Counted from the stretch's first letter, positions 9,705 to 20,019 are shown. The stretch: 64,000 bases of DNA from a bacterium BMS3Abin11 (GCA_002897635.1 BDTD01000009.1:54754-118753), one strand, 5' to 3'. Notes: generated by a model from the letters alone, not told the origin. A program made the numbers and translations.

Positions 9705-10316
9705 TTATTCAGCCTCCTTTTTTTCTGTATCAGTAGCATCAGGCATATCAGCAGTTGTATCGTCAGCCGATTCGACCGCTACTTCCGCAGCTATTTCCTC
9801 TTCAGCGCCAGAGTCTTCAGTAACCGTATCAGCCGATTCAACCGGTATGTCTGCGGCTATTTCCTGTTCAGTCTCAGATGATTCCGCAGCCGCTTTCTCT
9901 GTTGGTTCTTTAGCTGTTGATGATTCCACTGCTGCAGCATTAGTGCTTGCCGATTCCTTGCTACGCTCTTCTCTACGCGGTGCCACCTCTTCTCTGACTT
10001 TTTCATTCATCAGATGAGAAGATTCTGTCACTGCACCATCTTTCTTTTGCACAAGTGAACGTATAATTGCGTCATTGAAACGGAAGATATTCTCAATTTC
10101 ACGCAGGACTTCCAGGCTGCACTCAATATTCATCAGAACATAATGCGCCTTGTGGATCTTCTTAATGGGGTATGCCAGCTGACGTCGACCCCAGTCTTCG
10201 AGTCGATGGATACTGCCGGAGGCCTCTTCGATGAGCGTTTTATAACGTTCGATCATCGCTGGAACCTGTTCGCTCTGGTCAGGATGGACCAGAAACACTA
10301 TTTCGTAATGTCTCAT
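9705..10316 (-). CDS. rpsF: 30S ribosomal protein S6 with long acidic C-terminal extension
   Basis: [25 protein letters not shown]..., an S6 fold of about 110 aa followed by about 90 aa of E/D/A/T-rich repeats. Directly abuts rpsR, with no priB between them. Confidence 0.9.
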   Translation of the reverse strand: MRHYEIVFLVHPDQSEQVPAMIERYKTLIEEASGSIHRLEDWGRRQLAYPIKKIHKAHYVLMNIECSLEVLREIENIFRFNDAIIRSLVQKKDGAVTESSHLMNEKVREEVAPRREERSKESASTNAAAVESSTAKEPTEKAAAESSETEQEIAADIPVESADTVTEDSGAEEEIAAEVAVESADDTTADMPDATDTEKKEAE

Positions 10317-10471
10317 GTACTCTCCTTTCGGATATTGCTTCCCTTACCGGTTTTGTCAATGACAGGGTGAAGCAAGGAGTTAACTGGATTTTATTCGGCC
10401 AAAGACCGAAGCCGGCGGATTATATTACTTTTTTGTAGTGGCAACAATGGTAAGTTCAAAAACTTTTTTAC

Positions 10472-10668
10472 CACAGAGGGCACAGAGGAACCCCCATTTT
10501 ATAGATGATTTTACCTGTTATATTTTTTGATTCTTTCATGCACGCACAGGTTTACCATCTGTTAAATGCATTGTTAAAAGCAAAACCCAATGATGATCTC
10601 TCAATGACATAGAGCAACAGGCTTTTATGAAAAAAAGCCAAATAGGTCTCTTTCTCTGTGTCCTCTGT
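10472..10668. repeat. inverted-repeat pair CACAGAGGGCACAGAGGAA / CTCTTTCTCTGTGTCCTCTGTG flanking about 160 bp upstream of rpsF
   Basis: 18 of 20 complementary positions between 10472-10490 and 10647-10668. Lies in the rpsF 5' region. Confidence 0.4.
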
Positions 10669-10681
10669 GATAAGAAAAAGC

Positions 10682-11482
10682 TTAGTAACCCACAACTGCA
10701 GGCTCAATGTGCAGGTCATAATCCTCTAGCCTAACGACTTCTGTTTCGATACCTCCGTCGTATTTTAGTATCAGGCGTCGGTAACCGGGCATGCGCGCAT
10801 CCAGGGAGAACCTGTCGGTATCAGGTTTGAATTGAAAACAGGTTGATGGTGTGCTGATAAATGATACACCCGCGATTTCCTGCCGCCTGTCCTGGTGGAT
10901 ATGTCCATTTAATACTGCCCGTATGGAAGCTTTATTTGCTATTAGCTGTAAAAAGTCATCGGCATTATTCAGTATCATGGTATCCAGCCATGAGGAACCG
11001 CATGGAATTGGCTGATGATGCAGTACAAGCAGGATGTGCCGTTCGCCATCATGGGCATGCTTCTCTATGTAATCCAGCTCAGAAGTTGACAGGTGACCAG
11101 ATTCTTTGCCGGGAATAACAGAATCGAGCAGTAAAATACGCCAGTTACCGGCATTTATTACTGAACGACTGGATAATGGGAAATTTTCCGGGTGATGAAA
11201 ATAGTATGAATTGTCATGGTTTCCTGGAATCCAGTAAACAGGGACTCCGAGTGGTTTTACTATGTCGGCAAATTGCTGGTAGCTTTCCACACTGCCATCC
11301 TGACTGAGGTCTCCAGTAGCCAGTATTCCAGTAACGTCCTCTTCCTTGCTTGCCAGACCAACGACTGCACGAAGACTCGCTTCTGTGTTGACACCAATGA
11401 GTCGCTTTCCAGCATTTTCAAATAAATGGGAATCGCTGATTTGTAAAAATTTTATACCCTCAGGGACTGACATACGCATCAC
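10682..11482 (-). CDS. cpdA: 3',5'-cyclic-nucleotide phosphodiesterase CpdA / Icc-type metallophosphoesterase
   Basis: Calcineurin-like motifs: ISDSHL, GDLSQDG, GNHD, NGH.H. Confidence 0.75.
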   Translation of the reverse strand: MMRMSVPEGIKFLQISDSHLFENAGKRLIGVNTEASLRAVVGLASKEEDVTGILATGDLSQDGSVESYQQFADIVKPLGVPVYWIPGNHDNSYYFHHPENFPLSSRSVINAGNWRILLLDSVIPGKESGHLSTSELDYIEKHAHDGERHILLVLHHQPIPCGSSWLDTMILNNADDFLQLIANKASIRAVLNGHIHQDRRQEIAGVSFISTPSTCFQFKPDTDRFSLDARMPGYRRLILKYDGGIETEVVRLEDYDLHIEPAVVGY

Positions 11483-11498
11483 ACTGACTAACTTTCAC

Positions 11499-11665
11499 CC
11501 AGGGAACCTCTGATCTATTCATGAACTCTTTTTTTACGCTTATAATATCCAGTTTCTTCGTTGCAAACCCTCGCAATAGCTATCTAATACGTGCAATTTT
11601 CACCTCAAATCTGCATATTTTAAATCGCAACCTATCTCGTCCAGAATAAATCAGAGGCTCACTGG
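11499..11665. repeat. family A MITE-like repeat, diverged copy 3
   Basis: Left end AGGGAACCTCTGATCTATTCATGAA versus copy 1 AGGGCGCCTCTATTAATTCATGAA. The internal TCGCAATAGCTATCTAATACGTGCAAT and the right-end CCAGAATAAATCAGAGGCTC are also shared. Fills the cpdA-trmJ intergenic space. Confidence 0.6.
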
Positions 11666-11695
11666 TTATTCCTGTTCAACTAATTTCTTTTCTTG

Positions 11696-12511
11696 CTATT
11701 TTTTGAATTCACAGTTTATCGTCGATAGTCGTTGCAATTCTGTGAGAATACCACGAAAAATATTCACTTCCTCTTCGGTTATCTGACTCTTATAAAAAAA
11801 ACGCATAAGTTTACGCATCAGGGTACGAGTTCGATGTTCCGGCATAAAATGCACCTGAACTAATGTTTCTTCAAAATGATTAAACAGGTTCATCAGGTTT
11901 TTACTGCTCGCCGGTCTGTCTATATCAGCCATATCATTAGAGATGCCAGTCTTTGTAAGAGTTCCTGTCTGACGCTGTTCTTTCAATGCAAGAAAGGATT
12001 TTCGGATTTCATAACTAAATACCTGGACTGCCGCCGCAATATTCAGTGATGAAAAATCCGGATTTGTCGGTAGCCTGGTCATAAAATGACAATGATCCAG
12101 TTCTTCATTATTGAGTCCGCGATCCTCCCGGCCGAATACCATCGCTACCGGCGCCTGCTGACAGTTTTCAACAAGTTTGTGCGCAGCTTCTACTGCATCT
12201 GCTATAGGCCAGGGAATACTGCGCAGTCTGGCACTGGCAGCAATGACCAGTCGACAATCAGAAATCGCTTCACCCAATGTATTGCATATCACTGCTTTAT
12301 TCAGCACATCTGTGGCCCCGGAAGAACGGGCAGCTGAATGCCTGTCAGGGGGTTGTTGCGGCCTGACCAGATACAGAGATTCTAGCTGCATATTCTTCAT
12401 TGCCCGCGCCACGGCACCAATATTCCCCGGATGACTGGTTTCTACCAGCACAATACGTATATTCGCCCACGGAAAGTTTGAATAAATGTTAAAATTTTCT
12501 GTACTACTCAT
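11696..12511 (-). CDS. trmJ: tRNA (cytidine/uridine-2'-O)-methyltransferase TrmJ (SpoU family)
   Basis: SpoU-type motifs (IVLVETSHPGNIGAVARAMKNM, VFGREDRGL). Divergent from suhB, as in E. coli. Confidence 0.8.
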   Translation of the reverse strand: MSSTENFNIYSNFPWANIRIVLVETSHPGNIGAVARAMKNMQLESLYLVRPQQPPDRHSAARSSGATDVLNKAVICNTLGEAISDCRLVIAASARLRSIPWPIADAVEAAHKLVENCQQAPVAMVFGREDRGLNNEELDHCHFMTRLPTNPDFSSLNIAAAVQVFSYEIRKSFLALKEQRQTGTLTKTGISNDMADIDRPASSKNLMNLFNHFEETLVQVHFMPEHRTRTLMRKLMRFFYKSQITEEEVNIFRGILTELQRLSTINCEFKK

Positions 12512-12591
12512 AATGAATAGACTGTAACAAATTGATATCTACTTCGTCCTTCTTTAATAACAGTTTTTTTAAAACCTGAGCTCAATCTACT

Positions 12592-13383
12592 ATGAATCCA
12601 TTTCTCAATACTGCCATCAAGGCTGCCCGTCTTGCAGGCCGTGTCATTTCTTATAATGCTGAGCAACTGGACCGGCTGACTGTCACTGCCAAAGGCCATG
12701 CCGACTTTGTCTCAGAGGTAGACACTAAAGCAGAACAGGAGATCATTCACACCATCAAAGAAGCCTACCCGGAACATGCTATTTTTGCAGAAGAAAGTGG
12801 AAAGTCCGCAGGAAATGAGTTTGAATGGATTATCGACCCGCTGGATGGCACAACCAACTTCCTTCACGGCATCCCACAATTTGCGGTATCAATCGCCATG
12901 CGCGAAAAAGGCGTGCTCAAAGTCGCTGTAGTCTTTGACCCGATTAAGGATGAGTTATTTACGGCGGCAAAAGGTGAAGGCGCAGTATTAAATGATCGCC
13001 GCATCCGGGTTAGTGGAACCAATGATATGGAATATGCACTACTGGCGACAGGTTTTCCCTACAAAGACATGAAGAACCTGGACCTCTGGACAGACTGTTT
13101 TCGATCATTGTTACCGGAGACCAGCGGTGTCAGACGTGCGGGTTCTGCTGCGCTGGATCTTGCATGGGTTGCCGCAGGGCGTTATGACGGTTTTTGGGAA
13201 TTCGACCTGAATGCCTGGGACATTGCTGCCGGGGTTTTATTGATTGAGGAAGCTGGTGGCATGGTATCCGAAGTCGATGGCGGACGTGATCATCTGCTGT
13301 CAGGAGACATCATGGCTGCCAACCCGGCTATCTATAGAAAAATTTTGAGAAAACTGACACCTGTCGTACAAAAATACAGGTAA
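12592..13383 (+). CDS. suhB: inositol-1-monophosphatase
   Basis: IMPase motifs: FAEESG, WIIDPLDGTTNF, a WDIAAG-type C-terminus. Confidence 0.9.
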   Translation: MNPFLNTAIKAARLAGRVISYNAEQLDRLTVTAKGHADFVSEVDTKAEQEIIHTIKEAYPEHAIFAEESGKSAGNEFEWIIDPLDGTTNFLHGIPQFAVSIAMREKGVLKVAVVFDPIKDELFTAAKGEGAVLNDRRIRVSGTNDMEYALLATGFPYKDMKNLDLWTDCFRSLLPETSGVRRAGSAALDLAWVAAGRYDGFWEFDLNAWDIAAGVLLIEEAGGMVSEVDGGRDHLLSGDIMAANPAIYRKILRKLTPVVQKYR

Positions 13384-13395
13384 GGGCACCTCTAC

Positions 13396-15969
13396 ATGGC
13401 AGCAGATCAGTCTCACACCCCCATGATGCAGCAATTTTTGCGCATCAAGGCTGAGCACCCGAAAATTCTGCTGTTTTACCGTATGGGTGACTTCTACGAA
13501 TTGTTCTTTGATGATGCAAAGAAAGCAGCACAACTGCTGGATATAACGCTGACTGCACGGGGGCAGTCTGCCGGAGAGCCCATCCCTATGTGCGGTGTCC
13601 CTTATCACGCAGCCGAGCAATATCTTGCCCGCCTAACCAGGGCAGGCGAATCCATAGCAATTTGTGAACAAATCGGGGATCCGGCCACAAGCAAAGGCCC
13701 TGTTGAACGCAAGGTCGTACGTGTTATTACGCCGGGCACACTGACCGATGAAAATTTGCTTGATGATAAAAAAGAAAATCTGTTGATGGCGATTTCTGAT
13801 GTCTCGGATGGATATGGCATTGCCTGGCTGGAACTGTCTTCGGGGCGCTTTCATGCCAGACATTTACCTGATGTGATGAATCTCTGCGCTGAAATTCAGC
13901 GATTGCAGCCAGCAGAAATACTGGCAGGTGAAAGCGCAGCAAATGAGCTGGCAGATAAGCTACCGGAAAATATCAACTTACAGCGAATACCTGACTGGTA
14001 TCTGGACACAAAGACAGCGACAGAATCACTGAAAAAACAGTTCAATGTACAGTCTCTAGCCGCATTCGATATTGAGGAAAGTCCTGCCGCCCTGCAGGCA
14101 GCAGGCGCTGTCATCCAGTATGCCCGTGATACTCAGGGTGATACCCTGCCGCATATCAACAATCTGAAAACAGAACGACATGGCAGTCATGTCATCATCG
14201 ATGCCGCATCACGACGAAATCTTGAGCTTGATATTAATCTCAGTGGAGGGAGAGAACATACCCTGTTATCGGTACTGGATACCTGTTCGACCTCAATGGG
14301 TTCACGCCTGTTAAGACGCTGGCTATCCAGTCCTGAGCGGAATATTTCACTGCTTCAGGAACGTCATCAAGCCATTGATACGATGATGAACTCAACAGAC
14401 ATAGATCATCTAAATGAAATACTTCGCCATATTGGCGATGTTGAGCGCGTCCTGCCTCGCATCGCCTTAAGAAGTGCTCGGCCCCGAGATTTAAGTACAC
14501 TACGGCAGGCATTGAAACAGCTACCGGGCATACATGATGCCCTTGGCGGTCTTGACTGCCCGCTGACAGGCAAGCTGTTAACGCAAATTGGGCACTATCC
14601 GCAGTTAACTGAGCACCTTGCAGGCGCCATAGTCGATGAACCACCCGCCTTACTACGCGATGGAGGCGTTATTAAACGAGGCTTTAATTCTGACCTGGAT
14701 AAACTGCAAACACTGAAAACAAATGCTGGCCAGTATTTGCTGGGTCTCGAGGCCCGAGAACGTGAACGCAGCGGTATTAACGGGCTTAAAGTGAAGTATA
14801 ACCGTGTGCACGGCTATTACATAGAAATCAGCCGCCTGCATTCTGAACAGGTTCCCGATGACTACACCCGCCGCCAGACGCTTAAAAACGTCGAACGTTT
14901 CATCACACCGGAACTCAAAAAATTTGAAGAACGTGCACTGAGCGCAAAGGAACGCGCGCTGGCACTGGAAAAACAACTCTATTCTGATTTGCTTGAACGC
15001 ATCAACCAGGATCTGCCGCTGTTACAGGCCACTGTGCTGGCTATCGCCACGATTGATGTCATTGCCTCCTCTGCGATCAATGCTAAAAGATTCAACCTGG
15101 TTGCTCCCAGCTATCTCTCTAACCCTGGTATTCACATCCAGGGCGGACGGCATCTGGTGGTCGAACAGAGTAGCCCGAAGCCGTTTGTCCCAAATGACTG
15201 TGAACTCAGTGATAAGACACGTATGCTGATCATCACAGGACCAAACATGGGTGGCAAATCCACCTATATGCGGCAAATCGCATTGATTGCCCTGCTCGCC
15301 TATACCGGCTCCTACCTGCCGGCAGATAAAGTAGAGATTGGTCCCATAGACAGAATATTCACTCGCATCGGGGCATCCGATGACCTGGCCAGTGGCCGCT
15401 CAACCTTCATGGTGGAAATGACAGAAACGGCAACTATATTGCGTAATTCAACAGCCGAAAGTCTGGTCATACTGGATGAAATTGGTCGTGGCACATCCAC
15501 CTTCGACGGACTGTCTCTGGCCTGGGCCTGCGCAGAAGAACTGGCCGGCAAGATTCGGGCATTCACCCTCTTCGCAACCCATTATTTTGAACTGACCAAC
15601 CTCAGCGAGGAGCTTGGTAGTGTACAGAACGTACATCTCACCGCAGTAGAGACTAATGACAGTATTACATTTCTCTACGAAGTACAGGATGGCCCCGCCA
15701 GCCAGAGTTATGGACTACAGGTGGCTTCACTTGCTGGTGTTCCTCAGGCAGTTATTGCGATGGCAAAAAGTAAATTGCTACAGCTTGAGAAAGAACTGGT
15801 GAAACATAGTGATGGTCATCAGCTTTCCATCTTTGACACTATCGATGCAGATGAAGATAAACAATCTGACAGCTTCGTTGAAGAAATTGCAGCCTTAGAC
15901 CCCGATAGAATGTCGGCGCGCGAAGCGCTGGATCTGATTTATCGATGGAAGGAGAAAATCCGGGGTTAA
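13396..15969 (+). CDS. mutS: DNA mismatch repair protein MutS
   Basis: 857 aa, TPMMQQF...[11 protein letters not shown] at the N-terminus, Walker [23 protein letters not shown]. Preceded by a solo family-A terminus AAGGGCACCTCTAC. Confidence 0.95.
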   Translation: MAADQSHTPMMQQFLRIKAEHPKILLFYRMGDFYELFFDDAKKAAQLLDITLTARGQSAGEPIPMCGVPYHAAEQYLARLTRAGESIAICEQIGDPATSKGPVERKVVRVITPGTLTDENLLDDKKENLLMAISDVSDGYGIAWLELSSGRFHARHLPDVMNLCAEIQRLQPAEILAGESAANELADKLPENINLQRIPDWYLDTKTATESLKKQFNVQSLAAFDIEESPAALQAAGAVIQYARDTQGDTLPHINNLKTERHGSHVIIDAASRRNLELDINLSGGREHTLLSVLDTCSTSMGSRLLRRWLSSPERNISLLQERHQAIDTMMNSTDIDHLNEILRHIGDVERVLPRIALRSARPRDLSTLRQALKQLPGIHDALGGLDCPLTGKLLTQIGHYPQLTEHLAGAIVDEPPALLRDGGVIKRGFNSDLDKLQTLKTNAGQYLLGLEARERERSGINGLKVKYNRVHGYYIEISRLHSEQVPDDYTRRQTLKNVERFITPELKKFEERALSAKERALALEKQLYSDLLERINQDLPLLQATVLAIATIDVIASSAINAKRFNLVAPSYLSNPGIHIQGGRHLVVEQSSPKPFVPNDCELSDKTRMLIITGPNMGGKSTYMRQIALIALLAYTGSYLPADKVEIGPIDRIFTRIGASDDLASGRSTFMVEMTETATILRNSTAESLVILDEIGRGTSTFDGLSLAWACAEELAGKIRAFTLFATHYFELTNLSEELGSVQNVHLTAVETNDSITFLYEVQDGPASQSYGLQVASLAGVPQAVIAMAKSKLLQLEKELVKHSDGHQLSIFDTIDADEDKQSDSFVEEIAALDPDRMSAREALDLIYRWKEKIRG

Positions 15970-15982
15970 AGACATAAAGAGA

Positions 15983-16004
15983 CCCCCCGGCAACCGTGCC
16001 GGGG
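15983..16004. terminator. hairpin shared by convergent mutS and the beta-helix gene
   Basis: CCCCCCGGCAACCGTGCCGGGG stem-loop. On the minus strand it is followed by a T-rich tract. Duplicated at 16963-16984. Confidence 0.5.
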
Positions 16005-16024
16005 AAGCAAACCGGTGATCGTTA

Positions 16025-16867
16025 TCAGTTATTGGTACCCACAGAGGTACCACCGGTAAACGGTATGGTGACATTGCTGGTGAGGTTGTCCATGTACTTG
16101 CCGCGGGCGCGGTCGTAGTAAATCCCATAATACACCCTGGTGATGCGGTTACCAACAACCAGCACATCGTTGGAATTTTCGATGCTTATCCCACGGGCGT
16201 TTCCGTTGCTGGGGGGGGGAACATCATCGATGCGGTTGCCCTCCACCACGGCGCCATTGGAAGAAAGAACCAACCCATATCCTCCAAAGCCGGCGGGTGT
16301 CGCCGCCGTGCCGCTGATGTCATTGTTGAGAGCCCGCCCTCCAGAGCCTCCGAGGCGGATACCATAGGCAGAGCTGTTCACCGTCGAGCCACCGGTATCT
16401 ACCACCCGGTTGCGGCGCACGATGTTGTCGCTGCCCTGGATATGTATCCCCATGAAGGTATTCCTGTCGGCGAGGATGTCTTCGATCAGATGGCCCTGGG
16501 AGGTGTAGGGGGGGGAGCTGTTATCCAGCAAGATTCCCTGGTAAAACCCGCGGATGGTGCCGTTACGGATGGTGATTTTCTTGCGATTCGAGGCATAGAT
16601 ACCGTTGACCGTAGTCCCGACTCCGGCGGGCTTACCGCCGAGCTTCCAGCCATTGAGGTCGATGGTGACGTTGTTGGCCTGGATCTCAATAGCATTGCCC
16701 GAGGTCATATTGGTTTTCAGGCTCCCGGTGAGGCAGTAGACTCCCTGGCTGGTGATGACAGTGGGCAGCGTAGTGATGGGAGTACAATTTACCGTCTCCG
16801 CCCAGGCAGCGGGGACAGCCAGCAACAGGATGGTCAGTTTCAGGTATTTGATTAGTCTTATTTTCAT
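16025..16867 (-). CDS. secreted right-handed parallel beta-helix repeat protein, candidate phase-variable
   Basis: Signal peptide (LLLAVPAAWAET). Repeated NxxIxxN / GxxxxxN beta-helix rungs. Two coding-strand poly-C tracts: C9 (16211-16219) encoding PPP and C8 (16518-16525) encoding PP. Confidence 0.7.
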   Translation of the reverse strand: MKIRLIKYLKLTILLLAVPAAWAETVNCTPITTLPTVITSQGVYCLTGSLKTNMTSGNAIEIQANNVTIDLNGWKLGGKPAGVGTTVNGIYASNRKKITIRNGTIRGFYQGILLDNSSPPYTSQGHLIEDILADRNTFMGIHIQGSDNIVRRNRVVDTGGSTVNSSAYGIRLGGSGGRALNNDISGTAATPAGFGGYGLVLSSNGAVVEGNRIDDVPPPSNGNARGISIENSNDVLVVGNRITRVYYGIYYDRARGKYMDNLTSNVTIPFTGGTSVGTNN

Positions 16868-16956
16868 GTTTTTCTCCTTTATTCAGTCAGATCAGGATAC
16901 ACCCGGATACACCCAGCAGCAAACTGACACATTGATCTATGCCAATGAAAAAGAGA

Positions 16957-17160
16957 CCCCCCGGCAACCGTGCCGGGGGAAGCAAACCGGTGATCGTTAT
17001 CAGTTATTGGTACCCACAGAGGTACCACCGGTAAACGGTATGGTGACATTACTGGTGAGGTTATCCATGTACTTGCCGCTGGAGCGGTCGTAGTAAATCC
17101 CAAAATCCGCCCTAGTAATGCGTTTACCGGCAGCCAGCATATCGTTGGAAAAGAGGATGG
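16957..17160 (-). pseudogene. truncated duplicate of the 3' end of the beta-helix gene
   Basis: Encodes ...SNDMLAAGKRITRADFGIYYDRSSGKYMDNLTSNVTIPFTGGTSVGTNN*, nearly identical to the last about 50 aa of the intact gene. Includes the duplicated terminator hairpin. The upstream sequence is unrelated. Confidence 0.6.
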
Positions 17161-17261
17161 GTATACGTGGGCCTTTAGGTTTTTTTTGCGATAGATTTTG
17201 CGTTCACACTGAGGATTTTAACGACTCGCGATATGATCTCACTGCTTGTTGGACTGCCCTG

Positions 17262-17307
17262 CGAGGCATCCGTAGTAATCAGGTTTTACGAATTTCGTAA
17301 AACCTAA
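17262..17307. repeat. short palindromic repeat family C (CGTAAAACCTAA...CGTAAAA)
   Basis: GGTTTTACGAATTTCGTAAAACCTAAAACATAACCCGTAAAATCGC. A related copy lies at 57781-57830. Both sit at gene 3' ends. Confidence 0.5.
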
Positions 17308-17331
17308 AACATAACCCGTAAAATCGCTCTT

Positions 17332-18060
17332 TTAACCCTGATGATCCAACAGTTTAATCAACTGATCTGCGGGTATGAAGCCCGGTAAAATTTTGCCATT
17401 CTCAAGGATCAAAGTAGGCGTACCGGTAACGCCAATCTTCTGACCCAGCTCGAATTGCTCTAGCACCGGGTTGTCACAGGTTTTCGCCTCAAGCGCACTC
17501 CCTTCTTTTGCCATCCCAAGGGCCTTTTTCTGGTCAACGGCGCACCAAACAGAAACAGATTTTATGAATGTTGGTGATCCAGGACCAGCCCGTGGATACA
17601 TCAGATAACGTACCGTAACACCCGCCTTATTCAGTTTAGGCACTTCCTTATGCAACATTGCGCAATATGGACAATCCACATCGGTAAATACAGTAATCGT
17701 ATGCCGGGTTTTCCCCTCTGCAGGAAATACGATCATTTTTTTCTCATCGTAGCCCTCAATCAACTGCCGGGTTACGTTGTTTTTTGTCTTTTCTGTCAGG
17801 TTTATTTTATCTTCCAGATCGATGATGCTGCCATCGACTATGTAACGGCCATCCTGAGAGATATACAGCACCCTTCCATCGCCAATAAATTCATACAGGC
17901 CCGAAATGGGGGTGGCTTTTACTGAGCTAGCATCATAGCCAGGAACAACGATATCGAGCCGCTTTTTGATAGCAGCGGGTATTTCTGTTGCCAGTGCACT
18001 GTTCATCAGTAAAAAAATCGCCAGAGAGAGAGCAAATGATTTAAATATGGTTTGTTTCAT
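17332..18060 (-). CDS. dsbC: periplasmic thiol:disulfide interchange protein, DsbC/DsbG family
   Basis: Signal peptide, an N-terminal dimerisation region, a thioredoxin fold with CPYC active site, 242 aa. Confidence 0.8.
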   Translation of the reverse strand: MKQTIFKSFALSLAIFLLMNSALATEIPAAIKKRLDIVVPGYDASSVKATPISGLYEFIGDGRVLYISQDGRYIVDGSIIDLEDKINLTEKTKNNVTRQLIEGYDEKKMIVFPAEGKTRHTITVFTDVDCPYCAMLHKEVPKLNKAGVTVRYLMYPRAGPGSPTFIKSVSVWCAVDQKKALGMAKEGSALEAKTCDNPVLEQFELGQKIGVTGTPTLILENGKILPGFIPADQLIKLLDHQG

Positions 18061-18129
18061 AATATTCGGTCGTTTAGGAGATAAGGGAGCTTGTCAGGAA
18101 TAAATAGGACAAAATAATGTGTTATTGGT

Positions 18130-19437
18130 TCACGCCGCAACGGGTGATTTAATAGAGGGGTCTTTAAGTATATCGACTTCACCTTCAGTACGCGCAATGA
18201 TGACGGCTCCGGATGAATCAGAAAAAACATTTACTGTGGTCCGGAGCATGTCGAGTATTCGATCGACGGCCAGGATGAGGCCGATTCCCTCCGCAGGAAG
18301 GCCTGCGGCGGCAAGGATAACAACAATGGCAACAAGGCTTGCTGCTGGTACTCCAGCTACACCTATCGAAGTAAGCAAAGCCGTAGTAACGATAAGAAAC
18401 TGCAGTCCCATGCTCAGGTCTATACCATAGGCCTGAGCGATGAATATGACAGCCACACACTCATACAGAGCGGTACCATCCATGTTTATGGTCGCCCCCA
18501 GCGGCAGGACAAAAGAAGACACCTTGTTAGACACCCCTGCCCGTTTTTCAACAGAATCAAGAGTAACAGGCAATGTCGCAGCCGATGAACTGGTAGAAAA
18601 AGCCATCATCAGAGCTGGTGCCATCGCCTGGTAGTGTCTCAATGGATTTACCCTGCCGATGAATACGAGCAGTAAAGGCAGGGTAATGACTGAATGAAAC
18701 AGCAGGGCAAGAAACACGGTTCCGGCAAAGTTTGCCAGCGGTATCACTGCATCATAACCGGTAGATGCCACAACTTTAGCGACCAGAGCAAATACACCGA
18801 TTGGGGCAAATTTCATCACAAGCTCGGTAATTTCCAGCATGATCAACATCATGGCCTGCCAGAAATTCGTCATCACAGAACCATATTTTGCAGGAATTCG
18901 AACCATGTAATAGGCAAAAAGAAGGCTGAATGTAATAATGCCAAGCATCTGGCCATCGGCAGCAGCCTTGATAATATTGGCCGGCAACATTCGTTCGAAA
19001 ACAGTAACAAAATCACCTGCACCCCTGCCCTGAGCGTTTTCTACAATGTGTGAAACATCTGCTTCCAGCCCCAGAAGGCTACCAGCAGGTACACCGTCCA
19101 CGACGCCGGGCACAATAAGGTTGACGAAAAACAGACCGGTCAGAATTGCCAGCAGGCTGGTAATAAAATAATAAATTACTGTTTTGGATCCCAGGCGTCC
19201 AAATCCCTTTCCAGTTCCTATGCCTGCTACGCCAGTAATGATAGATGCCATAATCAGCGGTACAATCAGCATTTTCAGGGCACTAAGAAACAGCCCTCCA
19301 ACAAAACTGTACATAGAATAAAAAGTAACGCCCCCTATGCTTGCTTCTGTTCCTGTTGCATACCCAAAAATAACCGCAAGAACCATAGCAATAAGAATTT
19401 GCCAATGTAATTTTAATTTAAACATACTGATCGTCAT
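18130..19437 (-). CDS. dicarboxylate/amino acid:cation symporter (DAACS family)
   Basis: 435 aa polytopic protein with hallmark re-entrant loop regions (...VAGIGTGKG..., ...GATINMDGTALYE...). Confidence 0.85.
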   Translation of the reverse strand: MTISMFKLKLHWQILIAMVLAVIFGYATGTEASIGGVTFYSMYSFVGGLFLSALKMLIVPLIMASIITGVAGIGTGKGFGRLGSKTVIYYFITSLLAILTGLFFVNLIVPGVVDGVPAGSLLGLEADVSHIVENAQGRGAGDFVTVFERMLPANIIKAAADGQMLGIITFSLLFAYYMVRIPAKYGSVMTNFWQAMMLIMLEITELVMKFAPIGVFALVAKVVASTGYDAVIPLANFAGTVFLALLFHSVITLPLLLVFIGRVNPLRHYQAMAPALMMAFSTSSSAATLPVTLDSVEKRAGVSNKVSSFVLPLGATINMDGTALYECVAVIFIAQAYGIDLSMGLQFLIVTTALLTSIGVAGVPAASLVAIVVILAAAGLPAEGIGLILAVDRILDMLRTTVNVFSDSSGAVIIARTEGEVDILKDPSIKSPVAA

Positions 19438-19541
19438 AAATTTTTTGTTTGCTGACTCTACACTTTCACTAAGCCAGTGTCACTTGACTCTGCGTTAAAA
19501 GACGCCATTTATTATGCAATAATATTTACCGGGAGAAGAGA

Positions 19542-19973
19542 ATGACAGCAGTTCTTGTAGTCTGCCCCCACTGTGGTGGCATCAACCGTGTTCCGTCTGA
19601 ACGACTGAATGATAAGCCAGTTTGCGGTAAATGCCATAAGGCTGTGCTTGATGGTTTACCTACCAATCTTGGCAGTCATAATTTTGATCGATTTCTCAGC
19701 AACAATGACCTCCCAGTCGTGGTCGACTTTTGGGCTGCCTGGTGCGGTCCCTGCAAAATGATGGCTCCTGCTTTTTCTCAGCTTGCCTCACAAATGTCAT
19801 CACAGATACGTTTCGCCAAAGTCGACACCGAACAGGCTCAGGATATTGCTGCTCGATTCAATATCCGTAGCATCCCGACAATGATTTTGTTTAAAAATGG
19901 CAAAGAAGTTGATCGTGTCTCTGGTGCTCTGGATCAGACTGGAATGAAACAATGGCTGGTTTCATCTTTGTAA
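19542..19973 (+). CDS. trxC: thioredoxin 2
   Basis: N-terminal zinc-finger CPHCGG...CGKCH followed by a thioredoxin fold with WCGPC. Confidence 0.85.
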   Translation: MTAVLVVCPHCGGINRVPSERLNDKPVCGKCHKAVLDGLPTNLGSHNFDRFLSNNDLPVVVDFWAAWCGPCKMMAPAFSQLASQMSSQIRFAKVDTEQAQDIAARFNIRSIPTMILFKNGKEVDRVSGALDQTGMKQWLVSSL

Positions 19974-20019
19974 TAAATGGGAGGTACAGGTTTTTTATTT
20001 AAGTGTCCCTATATTAATG

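Noticed and set aside
13605-15636. Multiple 60-134-aa ORFs antisense or out of frame within mutS
   Set aside because: They lie within a single 857-aa ORF with complete MutS motifs. They are frame shadows.
16140-16855. Plus-strand ORFs (75-137 aa) opposite the beta-helix gene
   Set aside because: These are Gly/Pro/Ala-rich translations of the antisense strand of a repetitive gene. They have no start context.
16879-17103. 74-aa ORF MGFTTTAPAASTW... downstream of the beta-helix gene
   Set aside because: It is an alternative frame of the duplicated 3' segment. The true homologous frame is the truncated beta-helix C-terminus, reported as a pseudogene.
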